Counted from the stretch's first letter, positions 26,018-35,910 are shown. The stretch: DNA of 64,000 nucleotides from an uncultured delta proteobacterium (GCA_963775425.1 CAVZJB010000017.1:128001-192000); one strand, 5' to 3'. Numbers and translations: made by a program. The notes: a model not told the origin generated them from the letters alone.

Positions 26018-27457
26018 ATGCGCTCTTCGACCGCGATCTTGTGGACGTTGCTCTTCCTCTCCGCCGCCGCCTGCGGCACCGCCGACGACGCAGGCCGCCG
26101 GCACGATCGCCGCGACGATCCGGGCGAAGGGGAAGGCGAGGGCGAGGGCGAGGGTGAAGGCGAAGGCGAGGGTGAAGGCGAAGGCGAAGGCGAGCACCCG
26201 CCCGCCGGGTGGACCTGCCCCGCGCAGTACTACTTCGACAGCTCGTGCGACTGCGGGTGCGGCCTGCGCGACCCCGGCTGCCCGTCGACGAGCGCCCCCG
26301 GCGATACGAGCTCGTGCCGGTACATCAACTGCCGCTCGCCGACGGACTCCTTCGACAACCCGGACCCCGGCCCGTACGAGTACCCCGACCCGCACGACAG
26401 CACGCGCTGCATCCGCGCGTCCGCCATCGCGACGCCGCCGGGAGACCTGCTGCGCGACGGCGGGGGCGGCTTCTCCGCGACGCGCACGCCCCAGGGCGGG
26501 CTCGCGTTCACCTGGGTCGACCGCGATCTCCCCGGCGACCCGATCGTGGTCACCGACGCCGAGACGGACGGCGCCACCACGACCCTCCTGCCCGGCATCA
26601 TCAGCGAGAGCAGCGGCGTGGTCTACGTCGACGACGAGGCCCACGCGCTGTCGATCTACGACGGCGACCTCGCCCTGTTCTCGTCGCTGACGCCCGACGC
26701 CACCCGGACCTCGCTGCTGCCGGACATGTTCACGGGCTTCTCCATGCTCGGCAAAGACGGCGCCATCTGGATCCCCGGCCCCGTGCGCGCCGACGGCGCC
26801 ACCACCAACGACGGCGCGCCCACGTTCCTCTTGCGCTTCGACCCCACGAGCGGCACCGAGCTGTCACGCCTCGAGATGCCCGGCTCGAGCGCGTTCGACT
26901 TCAACATCTCGTACGAGAGCATCCACCCCGGCATCGTCGCGCGCGGCGACGAGGTCTACGTCGTCGACCGCGACGACGCCGGCGCCATCTTCGCCTGGCG
27001 CGTCGTCGACGGCGCCGTGGACGCGACGCTCTCCCTCGGCGACAACACCGACCCGTACGATCACTTCACGGCCGTGGACGCTGGCGACGACGTCTTCGTC
27101 GCGTTCCCGTCGAGCGACGTGCACGACATCGAGCTCGCCACCATCGACGACGGTGGGAACGTCACCCGCGAGCGGGTGCCGCTCGGCCTCACCGCGGACT
27201 TCGGCCGCCAGCCCTGCTTCAACGTCGCGGTGGTCGCGCGTTCGGGCAGCGACGTCGACGTCGTGTGCGCCGCTTCGGGCTTCTTCGAGCAGCGAGGCCT
27301 GCGCGTGGCGCGCCGCCGCGGCGGAACATGGGACACGCGCCTGGTGTCCTCGCGCAACATCGGCAAGGTGATCGCCTTCGCCGCCGGCGACGACCTCGAC
27401 GTCGTCCTCAGCGACGACGACGCGGGGATTCGCCGCGTGACGCTGCCGGCGCCTTGA
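26018..27457 (+). CDS. Lipoprotein with (GE)12 linker, Cys-rich module and beta-rich C-terminal domain
   Basis: AAAC lipobox; WTCPAQYY...CDCGCGLRDPGC. Confidence 0.75.
   Translation: MRSSTAILWTLLFLSAAACGTADDAGRRHDRRDDPGEGEGEGEGEGEGEGEGEGEGEGEHPPAGWTCPAQYYFDSSCDCGCGLRDPGCPSTSAPGDTSSCRYINCRSPTDSFDNPDPGPYEYPDPHDSTRCIRASAIATPPGDLLRDGGGGFSATRTPQGGLAFTWVDRDLPGDPIVVTDAETDGATTTLLPGIISESSGVVYVDDEAHALSIYDGDLALFSSLTPDATRTSLLPDMFTGFSMLGKDGAIWIPGPVRADGATTNDGAPTFLLRFDPTSGTELSRLEMPGSSAFDFNISYESIHPGIVARGDEVYVVDRDDAGAIFAWRVVDGAVDATLSLGDNTDPYDHFTAVDAGDDVFVAFPSSDVHDIELATIDDGGNVTRERVPLGLTADFGRQPCFNVAVVARSGSDVDVVCAASGFFEQRGLRVARRRGGTWDTRLVSSRNIGKVIAFAAGDDLDVVLSDDDAGIRRVTLPAP
26123..26194 (+). repeat. Coding hexamer repeat (Gly-Glu)x12
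   Basis: GGNGAR repeated 12 times. Confidence 0.9.
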
Positions 27458-27518
27458 GGGGCGCGCCTCGAGCCCGCAGCGGTCGACGCGGGGCGACGTT
27501 TCGCGTTAACCCGGCCGC

Positions 27519-29801
27519 ATGCGCGCCTCATCGAAACGTCGTCTTGGCCTCCGCGCCGCCGCCGGCATCGCCGCCCTGCTCGCCGCCCCTGCCCTCGCCG
27601 GCGCTCCCCGCGTCCCCGCCGAGCTCGTCGGCGAGTGGATGCGCGCCGAAGCCGCGAAGGCGCTGCTCTCGCGCGGCGCGCTCGACGACCGCGATCTCGA
27701 CAGCCTGCGCATCACCTCGTCGAAGCTGTCGCTCCAGGAGAGCGGCGATCGCGCGGCGCGGCTGCTGCGGCCCACGTCCGTCGACGCCGCCGCGAAGACC
27801 ATCGGCGTCGACGGGGACACGTGGACCTGGGACGCCGCGCACCGGCTCCACCACGGGAGCGACGTCTGGGTGCGCATCGACGACGCGCTGCCCGCCGCCG
27901 TCGGCTTGTCCGCCGCCGACGTCGTCCTCGCGGCGGCGCTGTCCGACGGCTTCCTCGACGGCAAGCAGCCGCTCGTCACCGCGCCGGCGTGGGAGCGGAA
28001 CGGCAAAGGCCGCGCCTGGTTCGGCGCGGCGCAGGCCCGCGACCTCGTCGTGGACGGACACGCGCGCACGGTGACGTTCGGCGACGAGGCGTACCACGTG
28101 CACCTCGAGCGCCAGGGCGTCGCGTTGAAGCCCATCGCGAAGGGCGCCGCGCGCACGCTCACCCGCATGAAGGACCCACCCTTTCGCGTGCTGGCCGACG
28201 CGCTCCTCCTGCGCGCGGCCCCCGACGGCGCGGCGCCGGTCGTCGCCACGCTCTTCTTCGGCGCGACGGTGCGCGTGTGGGGCGCCGCCGCCGAGGACAA
28301 ACAGGAGGGCCACTTGCACGGGCGCTGGTACCTGGTGCAACGGCAGGGGAAGCTCGGGTGGGCGTTCGGCCCGTTCCTCGCTCGACAGGTCCCGCCCTTC
28401 ACCGCCGGCAAAGCCGGGCGCGCCTCGACGTTGCTGGCGCCGCCCGACGAGCCCCTGCAACTCTTTGCCGGCGCGAGCCCCGACGACCCGGACGAGCTCG
28501 GCTGCTTCGCCGCCCGCCTCGACGTCGACGAGCCCGAATTCGTCGGACCCGATCCATGGGACGCGTCCGAGGTGCGCGACGTCTACATCGAGCGAATGGA
28601 CTTCAACAAGGACGACGTCCTTGATCCCGTGTGCCTCGCCCGTCGACGCGCGGACGTGCAGGTGTGTCCCATCATGAGCAGCAGAGGCGAGGAAGGGTTC
28701 GTCGCGCTCCCGTGCGTGACCTGGACGGGCAAAGGCCTGCCCGCCCTGTCCGCATCCGACGTCAACGGCGACGGCTTCTCCGATCTCTCGGTGAAGGGCG
28801 GCGACGTCACGACGACCTTCCCCTTCCGCCCCGAGCTCGGCGACTTCGTGACGGAGGCAGAGGCGAACAAGCCCGTGAAGCTCGACGACGTCCTCGCCCG
28901 CGTGAAGCTCGCGGACAAGATCAAGAAGAACGACAAAGGTGAGATCGTGCGCATCGCCCTCGGGGGAGCGGGCATCCAGATCCACCGCTTGCCCGCCGAC
29001 CTCTTCGACGTCGCGTCGCTGCGCTCGCTGTGGGTGCCGAACGGCGAGCTGCGCGACTTGCCGAAGGCAATCGGGAAGCTCAAGAACCTCCGCGAGCTCG
29101 TCCTCGATCACAACCGCCTCGAGCGGCTGCCGGACACCATCGGCGAGCTGCACGAGCTCCGGTCGCTCGATGTGTCCAACAACGCGCTCTCCGCCCTGCC
29201 CGCGTCGACGGCGAGCCTCGCGCACCTCGACAAGCTCAATCTCAGCGCCAACCACTTCGCCACGCTGCCCGCCGTGGTCCCGAAGCTCGCGGCGCTGACG
29301 AGGCTGCGCATGAGCGACAACCAGCTCCGGGAGCTGCCGCGCGAGCTCGCCGGCGTCGACGGGCTCCGCGAGGTCGACCTCAGCCGGAACCCGCTCGGCA
29401 GGGTCCCGGGTGTCTTGTGCCAGCTCGACGCGCTCGATCGGCTCACCCTCGATGAGACCGGCCTGTCCGCGGTGCCTGCCTGCCTGTTCGACACCGAGGT
29501 CACGGATCTGTCCCTCGCGCGAAACCCGCTCACCGCGCTGCCCGCCGTTCCGTCGGGGCACGGGCTCCGGCGGCTCGACCTCAGCCACGACCGGTTCACG
29601 CAGTTGCCATCGTCGGTGCTCGCGCTGCCGAAGCTCGTCGGGCTCTACTTCACGGACAACCCGCTCGAGGAGCTGCCGGCGGCGCTCGCCGCGTCGACGA
29701 CGATCACGGATCTCGTTCGCTACAGTTGCTCGAAGAAGAAAGGCGAGGCGCTCAAGGACGCGGTCGAGCGCTGCACCAGGAAGCGCTACCGCTGGAAGTA
29801 G
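27519..29801 (+). CDS. Secreted leucine-rich-repeat protein with SH3-like and FG-GAP-like segments
   Basis: Signal peptide; ADALLLRAAP...GRWYLV...GWAFG (SH3b); DVNGDGFSDL; about 10 LxxLxLxxNxLxxLP repeats. Confidence 0.85.
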   Translation: MRASSKRRLGLRAAAGIAALLAAPALAGAPRVPAELVGEWMRAEAAKALLSRGALDDRDLDSLRITSSKLSLQESGDRAARLLRPTSVDAAAKTIGVDGDTWTWDAAHRLHHGSDVWVRIDDALPAAVGLSAADVVLAAALSDGFLDGKQPLVTAPAWERNGKGRAWFGAAQARDLVVDGHARTVTFGDEAYHVHLERQGVALKPIAKGAARTLTRMKDPPFRVLADALLLRAAPDGAAPVVATLFFGATVRVWGAAAEDKQEGHLHGRWYLVQRQGKLGWAFGPFLARQVPPFTAGKAGRASTLLAPPDEPLQLFAGASPDDPDELGCFAARLDVDEPEFVGPDPWDASEVRDVYIERMDFNKDDVLDPVCLARRRADVQVCPIMSSRGEEGFVALPCVTWTGKGLPALSASDVNGDGFSDLSVKGGDVTTTFPFRPELGDFVTEAEANKPVKLDDVLARVKLADKIKKNDKGEIVRIALGGAGIQIHRLPADLFDVASLRSLWVPNGELRDLPKAIGKLKNLRELVLDHNRLERLPDTIGELHELRSLDVSNNALSALPASTASLAHLDKLNLSANHFATLPAVVPKLAALTRLRMSDNQLRELPRELAGVDGLREVDLSRNPLGRVPGVLCQLDALDRLTLDETGLSAVPACLFDTEVTDLSLARNPLTALPAVPSGHGLRRLDLSHDRFTQLPSSVLALPKLVGLYFTDNPLEELPAALAASTTITDLVRYSCSKKKGEALKDAVERCTRKRYRWK

Positions 29802-29820
29802 CTCGCCTCGCGGGCATCCA

Positions 29821-30135
29821 TCACAGCCGCGCGGCCACCCAGCGCTGGACGAGCTTGAGGTCCTCCGCTTCGATGCGGACGAATTTCACGCCCATGCCGG
29901 CGCCGTCGTCGAAGCGGTGATGGAAGCGCGCCTCGGCCACGCCGTTGATGTTGCTGCCGTCGAGGATGAGCGTGAACGCGAAGCTGCGACCGACGGGGAG
30001 CGTGGCGCCCAGGAAGAAGAAGCCGCCGAGCGAGAGATCACGCGCGGTGCCGCGCATGATGCCGCGCGGTCCCGCCAGGGTGACGGCGGCGCCGCAGGGG
30101 ACGCGCGCGTTGCGACGGCTCTCGGGCTTGCCCAT
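29821..30135 (-). CDS. PilZ-domain protein
   Basis: RRNAR and DLSLGG motifs; GMGVKF. Confidence 0.9.
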   Translation of the reverse strand: MGKPESRRNARVPCGAAVTLAGPRGIMRGTARDLSLGGFFFLGATLPVGRSFAFTLILDGSNINGVAEARFHHRFDDGAGMGVKFVRIEAEDLKLVQRWVAARL

Positions 30136-30296
30136 GCGCCATGATCGGCCGCATGGGCGCGCGCCACAACCCGCCCCGTGCGATCTGCGCGCTCTCCGTC
30201 TCCCGTCCCCTCGAGGCTCGCCGCCCCGTCGACGCGCGCGGACACGGGATCTGTCCCGCCGCCACATCGCTTGCGCCCGTCCGCTACACTCGAGCC

Positions 30297-30974
30297 ATGA
30301 CGGATCTCGCGCTCTCCCCGCCGCTGCCCCGTCCCTCCCGCCTCGCCGTCGCACTGTCGTGCACCGTGCTGACCGCGTTCGCGGGCGACATCATGATCGC
30401 GGACGGCGGCGTGCCCCATCGGCTCGCGCCGGAGAGCCGGGGAGGCGCCGTCGTCGACGTCGAGGCCGAGATGACCCGCGTGGGCGCCTACGAGCCCGGG
30501 AGCGACGGCATCCGGAGCTTCCAGGTGCCGGAGGACGACGCCGCCCACGCCTTCCGCGCGGCGCCCGCGGATCGCCGCGGGCTCTACGACCCGAACAACG
30601 GCCTGAGCTACTTCCTCGAGGATCCGTGGGCGCCTTTCCCCGGACCGGGCGGCGCGTTGCGCGTCGACCTCCGCGGGCCCGACGGCGCCGCGTCGTCGAC
30701 GTACCTCGTGAACGGCGACCTCTTCGTCGACTCCCACCGCGCGCTCGCCTTCCACGTCGTCACCGGTCGCGCGGCGCCCACGCTCATCCTGGTGCGGGGC
30801 AACATCCACATCGCCGACGACATCGACGCCGACGGCCCGCTCGAGCTGCGCGCCGTGCGGCGCGCGGACGGCACCGGTGGAGACATCTTCCTCGGTGACC
30901 CGCGCTTCGGCACGCTCTCCCGGGTGGACGTGCTGCTCGCCGCCGACGGACGCATCGTGCACGGGCCGCAGTAA
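30297..30974 (+). CDS. Hypothetical exported protein
   Basis: N-terminal hydrophobic segment; beta-rich VNGDLFV/VRGNIHI repeats. Confidence 0.55.
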   Translation: MTDLALSPPLPRPSRLAVALSCTVLTAFAGDIMIADGGVPHRLAPESRGGAVVDVEAEMTRVGAYEPGSDGIRSFQVPEDDAAHAFRAAPADRRGLYDPNNGLSYFLEDPWAPFPGPGGALRVDLRGPDGAASSTYLVNGDLFVDSHRALAFHVVTGRAAPTLILVRGNIHIADDIDADGPLELRAVRRADGTGGDIFLGDPRFGTLSRVDVLLAADGRIVHGPQ

Positions 30975-31057
30975 CGCCCAGACGCCCAGACGCCCAGACG
31001 CCCAGACGCCCAGACGCCCAGACGCCCAGACGCCCAGGGACCCGGGACCCGGGACCC
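30974..31057. repeat. Tandem repeats (ACGCCCAG)x8 followed by (GGGACCC)x3
   Basis: Directly visible between convergent genes. Confidence 0.95.
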
Positions 31058-31074
31058 GCGAAGCTCGCCGCGCG

Positions 31075-31551
31075 TCAGCGCAGGAGCGGCTCGACCGTGG
31101 GCCACAGGGCGACGGCGCGCCCCGCGCCGCTCACCGTCGACGACGCGCCCGCGCGCATCTTGTCCGCGACCTCGACGAGCGCGGGCTCTTCGCGGCGCTG
31201 GCGCTCGTGGAGCGCCTGCTCCGAGGCGCCGGCGAGCCCCGTGGCGACGCGCGCCGCGAGCCGCGCGGCCACGGCGGCGTCGAGCGGGCCGCCGGCGAGG
31301 AGCGGCGCCGCCGCCGACGCCAGCGCGCAGGCGACGACGACGGCGTCGGCGGCGGGCGGCTCCTCGCCCGGCAGCGACACCAGCCGCGCGCTCTCCGCCC
31401 ACACGGCCTTGACCGCGGCGCGCCACGCATCGTCGTCGTCGCTCGCGCCGAGGGCTGCGAGCGCGGCGTCCATGCGCGCCCCGCACGTCTCGAGGAGCGC
31501 GCGCAACGCTCCGCGATCGCCGCGCCGCATGGCGCCGAACGCGTCGCTCAT
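31075..31551 (-). CDS. Hypothetical Ala-rich helical protein
   Basis: ATGA overlap with the upstream gene. Confidence 0.55.
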   Translation of the reverse strand: MSDAFGAMRRGDRGALRALLETCGARMDAALAALGASDDDDAWRAAVKAVWAESARLVSLPGEEPPAADAVVVACALASAAAPLLAGGPLDAAVAARLAARVATGLAGASEQALHERQRREEPALVEVADKMRAGASSTVSGAGRAVALWPTVEPLLR

Positions 31552-33290
31552 GCGCGCGCCGTCTCGTCGAGGACGCGCTCGAGCGCCGCGTGGATCCCCG
31601 CGCTCGCGAAGAACTCCATGGCCGCCGTGGAGACCCACGTGTGCACCGAGGCCTCAATCTCCTTGGTGTCGCGGCCGGACTCGATGAGCTCGCTGAGGCC
31701 CACGGAGAAGCGAACCATCTCGTTGCAGAACGTCTTGCGCGCGGCGTCGATGGTCTGCTTCTCGACGTCGGTGAGTCCCGGAATGGACTCGTAGCTCCAA
31801 AGCGGCGACTCGAACGCGAAGCCGTTCTTGCTGCCGGCCCCCGCCGTGCACATCGCGAAGATGTCGTCGAACGACATCTCGGCCCGCTGCTCGAACGCCT
31901 GATGCTCGGGCGTGAGCGTGTGCCAGTAGGCCCGCGTGTCCGCTTCGAGCTCCTTGGAGATGCCGGGCTCGCCGGCGTTCCAGCCCTCCCACGGCGGCGT
32001 CGGCAGCTTCTCGATGTTTCCGCCGGACAGGAGCTCCTCGAAGCGCGCGCATACGTGGTCGAACTTGGCGGGGTCGGCGGTGGAGACGCCGCGGATCTCG
32101 ACGCCGACGCGGTTGTCGTCGCCGTAGATGCCGGTGCGCATCCCTACGAAGTGGAACTTGTGCGGCAGGATCTCGTCGCCGTCGATCTTGCCTCCGCCGT
32201 CCTTGTCCACGAACGACGACGCCACGGCCCCCGCCGACTCCGCCTGCCACGGCTCCAGGAACGCGAGCGTGTAGTTTTGGTGCGAGACCGCCGCCGCGTC
32301 GGCGAACAGCGACAGGTCCTGCAGCGCCGCGAACGCCGCGAGCTTGGGCCCGAGCCGCGCCTTGTCCTCGGGCGTGCTCAGCTCGGCGACGCCGTGCATG
32401 TGGAAGCCCTGTTGCCCGAAGTGCGACGTGATCCACGTCCGATCGGCGACGCGCTGGTCCTGGCTGGCGTAGCTGCCGTCCGTGATGAGCTCGCCAATCT
32501 GCAGGCGCAGCTCGCGCTCCCACTTGAGCGTCTTCTGCAAGCTCCCGGGCGCCACCTGCCCGTCCGGCGTGACGCGCGGATCGGTGATGCGATGCATCGT
32601 CATCTTGGGGTCGACGTTCTCCCCGTAGGCGACGAGGTATTGCTTCTGCAGCGCCAGCGGCAGGTCCTTCCAGCGGAGCCCCTTCAAGAACGCGTCGTCG
32701 GGGAAGCGCTGCGCGAGCGGCGTGCGCGGCGCCGCGAGGAGCTTCTTGCGCAGCTCCGGCGTCAGCGCGCGCTCGTCGAGCTTTCCGCTCGGGTCGGGCG
32801 CGTAGAACCGAAAGAGCGTCGCCAACGAGTGCGACTCGCTCTCGATCGCGGTGGTGATGGGCTTGTCGGTGCCGGCGACGGTGCGCGGCAGGTGGAACTT
32901 GCGCAGCTCGTCGAGCGCTCCCGGGAAAAGCACGGGCGCGAGCGTGTCGAGGACGGCGGTCTTTTCGGTGGGCGGCAGCTCGATGAAGTCGGGCTCGAGG
33001 TAGCGCGCGAAGGCCGCGGCCACGTCGTCACCCGCGCCCGCGAGCTTCTCGAGGTCCCAGGGCGGCGACCGCTGCGACAGCCCCGCGTGGGGCGAGGGAC
33101 CGTCGGCCCCGGGGAAGCGGCGCAGCAGCTCGGGCATCGCGACGCCGTGGCTGCCGTCGAAGGCGTCGCCGGCGAGCGCGGGGCTCTTGTTGGCGTGCGT
33201 GTCGTCGGTCCCGCGTTGCTTGACGGGGCCGACGTCGAGCGCGCCGCGCGCACGCCTGAGACCGCCGAGCTGCACCCCGAAGAGCTTCAC
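31548..33290 (-). CDS. Hypothetical protein, possible amidoligase/GCS-fold enzyme
   Basis: GELIT, GFHMH, KFHFVGMR and GVEIRG in the order of COOH-NH2 ligase motifs; GTG start assumed. Confidence 0.55.
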   Translation of the reverse strand: MKLFGVQLGGLRRARGALDVGPVKQRGTDDTHANKSPALAGDAFDGSHGVAMPELLRRFPGADGPSPHAGLSQRSPPWDLEKLAGAGDDVAAAFARYLEPDFIELPPTEKTAVLDTLAPVLFPGALDELRKFHLPRTVAGTDKPITTAIESESHSLATLFRFYAPDPSGKLDERALTPELRKKLLAAPRTPLAQRFPDDAFLKGLRWKDLPLALQKQYLVAYGENVDPKMTMHRITDPRVTPDGQVAPGSLQKTLKWERELRLQIGELITDGSYASQDQRVADRTWITSHFGQQGFHMHGVAELSTPEDKARLGPKLAAFAALQDLSLFADAAAVSHQNYTLAFLEPWQAESAGAVASSFVDKDGGGKIDGDEILPHKFHFVGMRTGIYGDDNRVGVEIRGVSTADPAKFDHVCARFEELLSGGNIEKLPTPPWEGWNAGEPGISKELEADTRAYWHTLTPEHQAFEQRAEMSFDDIFAMCTAGAGSKNGFAFESPLWSYESIPGLTDVEKQTIDAARKTFCNEMVRFSVGLSELIESGRDTKEIEASVHTWVSTAAMEFFASAGIHAALERVLDETARA

Positions 33291-33404
33291 CCGGCGAGCG
33301 TAGCACCGGCGGGCGCCGTCCCCGTGGACCCAAGAAGGGGTGTGTGCGCCGTCACGCAGCGAACCGACGTGGGGCGCGGCCGGCGGAGCCGCTAGGATCC
33401 CCGG

Positions 33405-34136
33405 GTGACGACGGCGCCTCTCGAAGTCCCGGACCGCACGGCGGCGTTCCGCGCGCAGTGGCGCAGTCAGAACGTCGGCCCGCGCTACCAGGGGTGGCTG
33501 CACTTCGCCTTCACCACCTCGGGGGCGCTCGCGGCCGTCGTCTTCGCGGCGTCCCGTCTCCACGACGTGCGCGGGTGGGAGTGGCTGGTGCTGCCGGCCG
33601 GCTTCCTCGTCGCCAACGTCGCCGAGTACCTCGGGCACCGGGGACCGATGCACCACCCGACGGCCGGGCTGCGCCTGCTCCACAGGCGCCACAGCCTCGA
33701 GCACCACCGCTACTACACGCATGAGCGTATGGCCGCCGAGTCCCACGTCGACTTCAAGATGGTGCTGTTCCCGCCGGTCATGCTCGTGTTCTTCCTCGGC
33801 GCGTTGGCGACACCCATCGGCGCGGCCGCGTACTTCCTCGTGTCACCGAACGCGGGGTGGCTCTTCGGCTGCGTCGGCGTCGGCTACTTCCTCACCTATG
33901 AGTGGCTGCATTGGAGCTACCACCAGCCCGCGGACAGCGTCATCGGGCGCCTCGGATTGGTGCGCGTCCTCCGTCGTCACCACACCCTGCACCACGACCC
34001 GGCGCACATGCAGCGCGCCAACTTCAACATCACCTTCCCCGTCGCCGACGCGCTGTTCGGCACACGCGAGTCGTTCCACGCAGGCACGGCACACGAGTTG
34101 CGCGACGAGACGGACGTCATGGAGACGCCGCGGTGA
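33405..34136 (+). CDS. Sterol desaturase / fatty acid hydroxylase family protein
   Basis: His boxes HRGPMH, HSLEHH, HWSYH, HHTLHH; NFNITFP. Confidence 0.9.
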   Translation: MTTAPLEVPDRTAAFRAQWRSQNVGPRYQGWLHFAFTTSGALAAVVFAASRLHDVRGWEWLVLPAGFLVANVAEYLGHRGPMHHPTAGLRLLHRRHSLEHHRYYTHERMAAESHVDFKMVLFPPVMLVFFLGALATPIGAAAYFLVSPNAGWLFGCVGVGYFLTYEWLHWSYHQPADSVIGRLGLVRVLRRHHTLHHDPAHMQRANFNITFPVADALFGTRESFHAGTAHELRDETDVMETPR

Positions 34137-34798
34137 GCAGCTTCGTATGGATGAAGGTGTTGGAGTCGACGCCCGAGCGGTACGACCGCGGCATCCGGAT
34201 GCTCTCGCGCGGCCGGATCGACGACGTCTATCGCCGGATCGCCGCCGCCGCCGCCGGCCCCGGCCGCCGCGTGCTCGACATGGGGTGCGGGACCGGCGGC
34301 GTCGCCCTCGCCTGCGCCGCCCGGGGCGCGCACGTCACGGCCGTCGACCTCGACGCGGGCATGCTCGAGGTGGCGCGCACGAAGCCGGTGCCCACCGCCG
34401 GGCGCATCGACTGGTTGGAGATCGGAATCGCCGAGGTGCCCGATCGCATCGCGCGCGCGAGCATGGATGCGGTGGTCTCCTGCCTCGTCATGAGCGAGCT
34501 CGGCGCCGAGGAGCAGGACTACGCGCTCGACGTCGCCTTCGACGCCCTCGTGCCCGGTGGCGTGCTCGTCATCGGCGACGAGACGTTGCCGGAGGACGCG
34601 CTGGCCCGGGCCTGGTGTCGCGTGCGCCGCTCGGCGCTGACGGCGGCGACGTACGCGCTGACGCAGACGACCACGCGCCCCGTCGCGCACCTCGGCGAGC
34701 GCGTGCGCGCCCACGGCTTCTGCGACGTCGAAGAGACGCTGATGTGGTCGGACACGTTCACGATCGTCCGCGCTCGCCGCGGGGAGCGCGCCGCGTGA
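34133..34798 (+). CDS. Class I SAM methyltransferase (corrinoid-protein-associated, CpaM-like)
   Basis: MKVLESTPERYDRGIRML; VLDMGCGTG; MSEL. Confidence 0.85.
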   Translation: MSSFVWMKVLESTPERYDRGIRMLSRGRIDDVYRRIAAAAAGPGRRVLDMGCGTGGVALACAARGAHVTAVDLDAGMLEVARTKPVPTAGRIDWLEIGIAEVPDRIARASMDAVVSCLVMSELGAEEQDYALDVAFDALVPGGVLVIGDETLPEDALARAWCRVRRSALTAATYALTQTTTRPVAHLGERVRAHGFCDVEETLMWSDTFTIVRARRGERAA

Positions 34799-35910
34799 GG
34801 CTCCGTGACGTTCCCGGCTACGTCCGCGACACCGCGCTGCGCATGCTGCCCCACCGCGCGCGCCCCGGCCTCGTCCCCGTCGGGCATCCCGGGAGCGACT
34901 CGCCCGTGCTCCTCACGGGCAACTTCACGCTCACCGTCCGGCGGATGAAGGAGGCGCTCGCAGGGCAGGACGTCTGGCTCCTCGTCGCCAACAGCAAGGG
35001 CATCAACGTCTGGTGCGCAGCGGGGGGCGGCCACCTGACCCACCACGACGTCGTCTCCGCGCTGCGGGTGTTCCACGTGGCGGATCGCGTTCGGCACCGC
35101 GAGCTGATCCTGCCGCAGCTCTGCGCCACCGGCGTCGAGCGAAAGAAGATCCGCGAGGCCGGCTGGCAGCCTCGTTGGGGGCCCGCGCGCCTCGAGGATC
35201 TCCCCGCGTTCCTCGCGCGCGGACGCCGCGTTCACGGCGACGAGCGCTTCATGCGCTTTCCGCCGTGGGAGCGAACCGAGATGGCGGCGATGTGGTCCGT
35301 GCCGATGCTCGCCGTCGCCTCGCCGCTCTTGGTCTGGCTCGCGGGCGCCGCCACCGGCTTGTGCGCCGCCGGCAGCGTGGCCGCGGGGACCTTGGGCTTG
35401 TTCCTGCTGCTCCCGTGGCTTCGCGTCACCGGGCGCGCCCGGCACCTGACGTTCGCGGCGTTCGCGCTCCTGGCGGCGGCGGGCGGCGGGGCGTGCCTGT
35501 GGGCCGCGGGCGCGGCGACGGCGGGACACCTGGCGGTGGTCGCAGGCACCGCCGCCTGTGGGATGGCGGTGGTGTCGGTGGACCTGGCGGGCACCACGCC
35601 CTGGTACGGGAGCACCCTCAACACCTTCCACAACAACGCCCACATCGAGCTCGTCGAGGAGCGCTGCACCGGCAAGTCGGACTGCGTCCAGGTCTGTCCG
35701 CGCGACGTCCTGCATATGAACGGCCCGAAGCGCAAGGTGGACATCGTCCGGCCGGAGCAATGCATTCAATGCGGCGCGTGCGTCGTGCAGTGCCCGGAAG
35801 ACGCCCTGCGCTTCCGATACGACGACGGGCGCGTGGCGGAGGCCGGCACGCTGCGCACGACGCGGATGAACATGCTCGGGCGTCGCACCCTCCCCGTCGT
35901 GGACGGCTGA
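34795..35910 (+). CDS. HgcAB-like fusion: corrinoid-binding domain, TM region and 2x[4Fe-4S] ferredoxin
   Basis: DSPVLLTGNF; GINVWCAAGGG cap helix (35005-35025); LILPQLCATG; WGPA; CTGKSDCVQVCP; CIQCGACVVQCP. Confidence 0.88.
   Translation: MRLRDVPGYVRDTALRMLPHRARPGLVPVGHPGSDSPVLLTGNFTLTVRRMKEALAGQDVWLLVANSKGINVWCAAGGGHLTHHDVVSALRVFHVADRVRHRELILPQLCATGVERKKIREAGWQPRWGPARLEDLPAFLARGRRVHGDERFMRFPPWERTEMAAMWSVPMLAVASPLLVWLAGAATGLCAAGSVAAGTLGLFLLLPWLRVTGRARHLTFAAFALLAAAGGGACLWAAGAATAGHLAVVAGTAACGMAVVSVDLAGTTPWYGSTLNTFHNNAHIELVEERCTGKSDCVQVCPRDVLHMNGPKRKVDIVRPEQCIQCGACVVQCPEDALRFRYDDGRVAEAGTLRTTRMNMLGRRTLPVVDG

Noticed and set aside
30974-31057. CRISPR array
   Set aside because: Contiguous 8-mer and 7-mer tandem repeats with no spacers and no cas genes
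34795-35910. Calling this a true mercury methylase (hgcA/hgcB)
   Set aside because: Fused architecture, cap helix ending in GG rather than GK, and no HgcB-type C-terminal Cys pair; activity cannot be inferred
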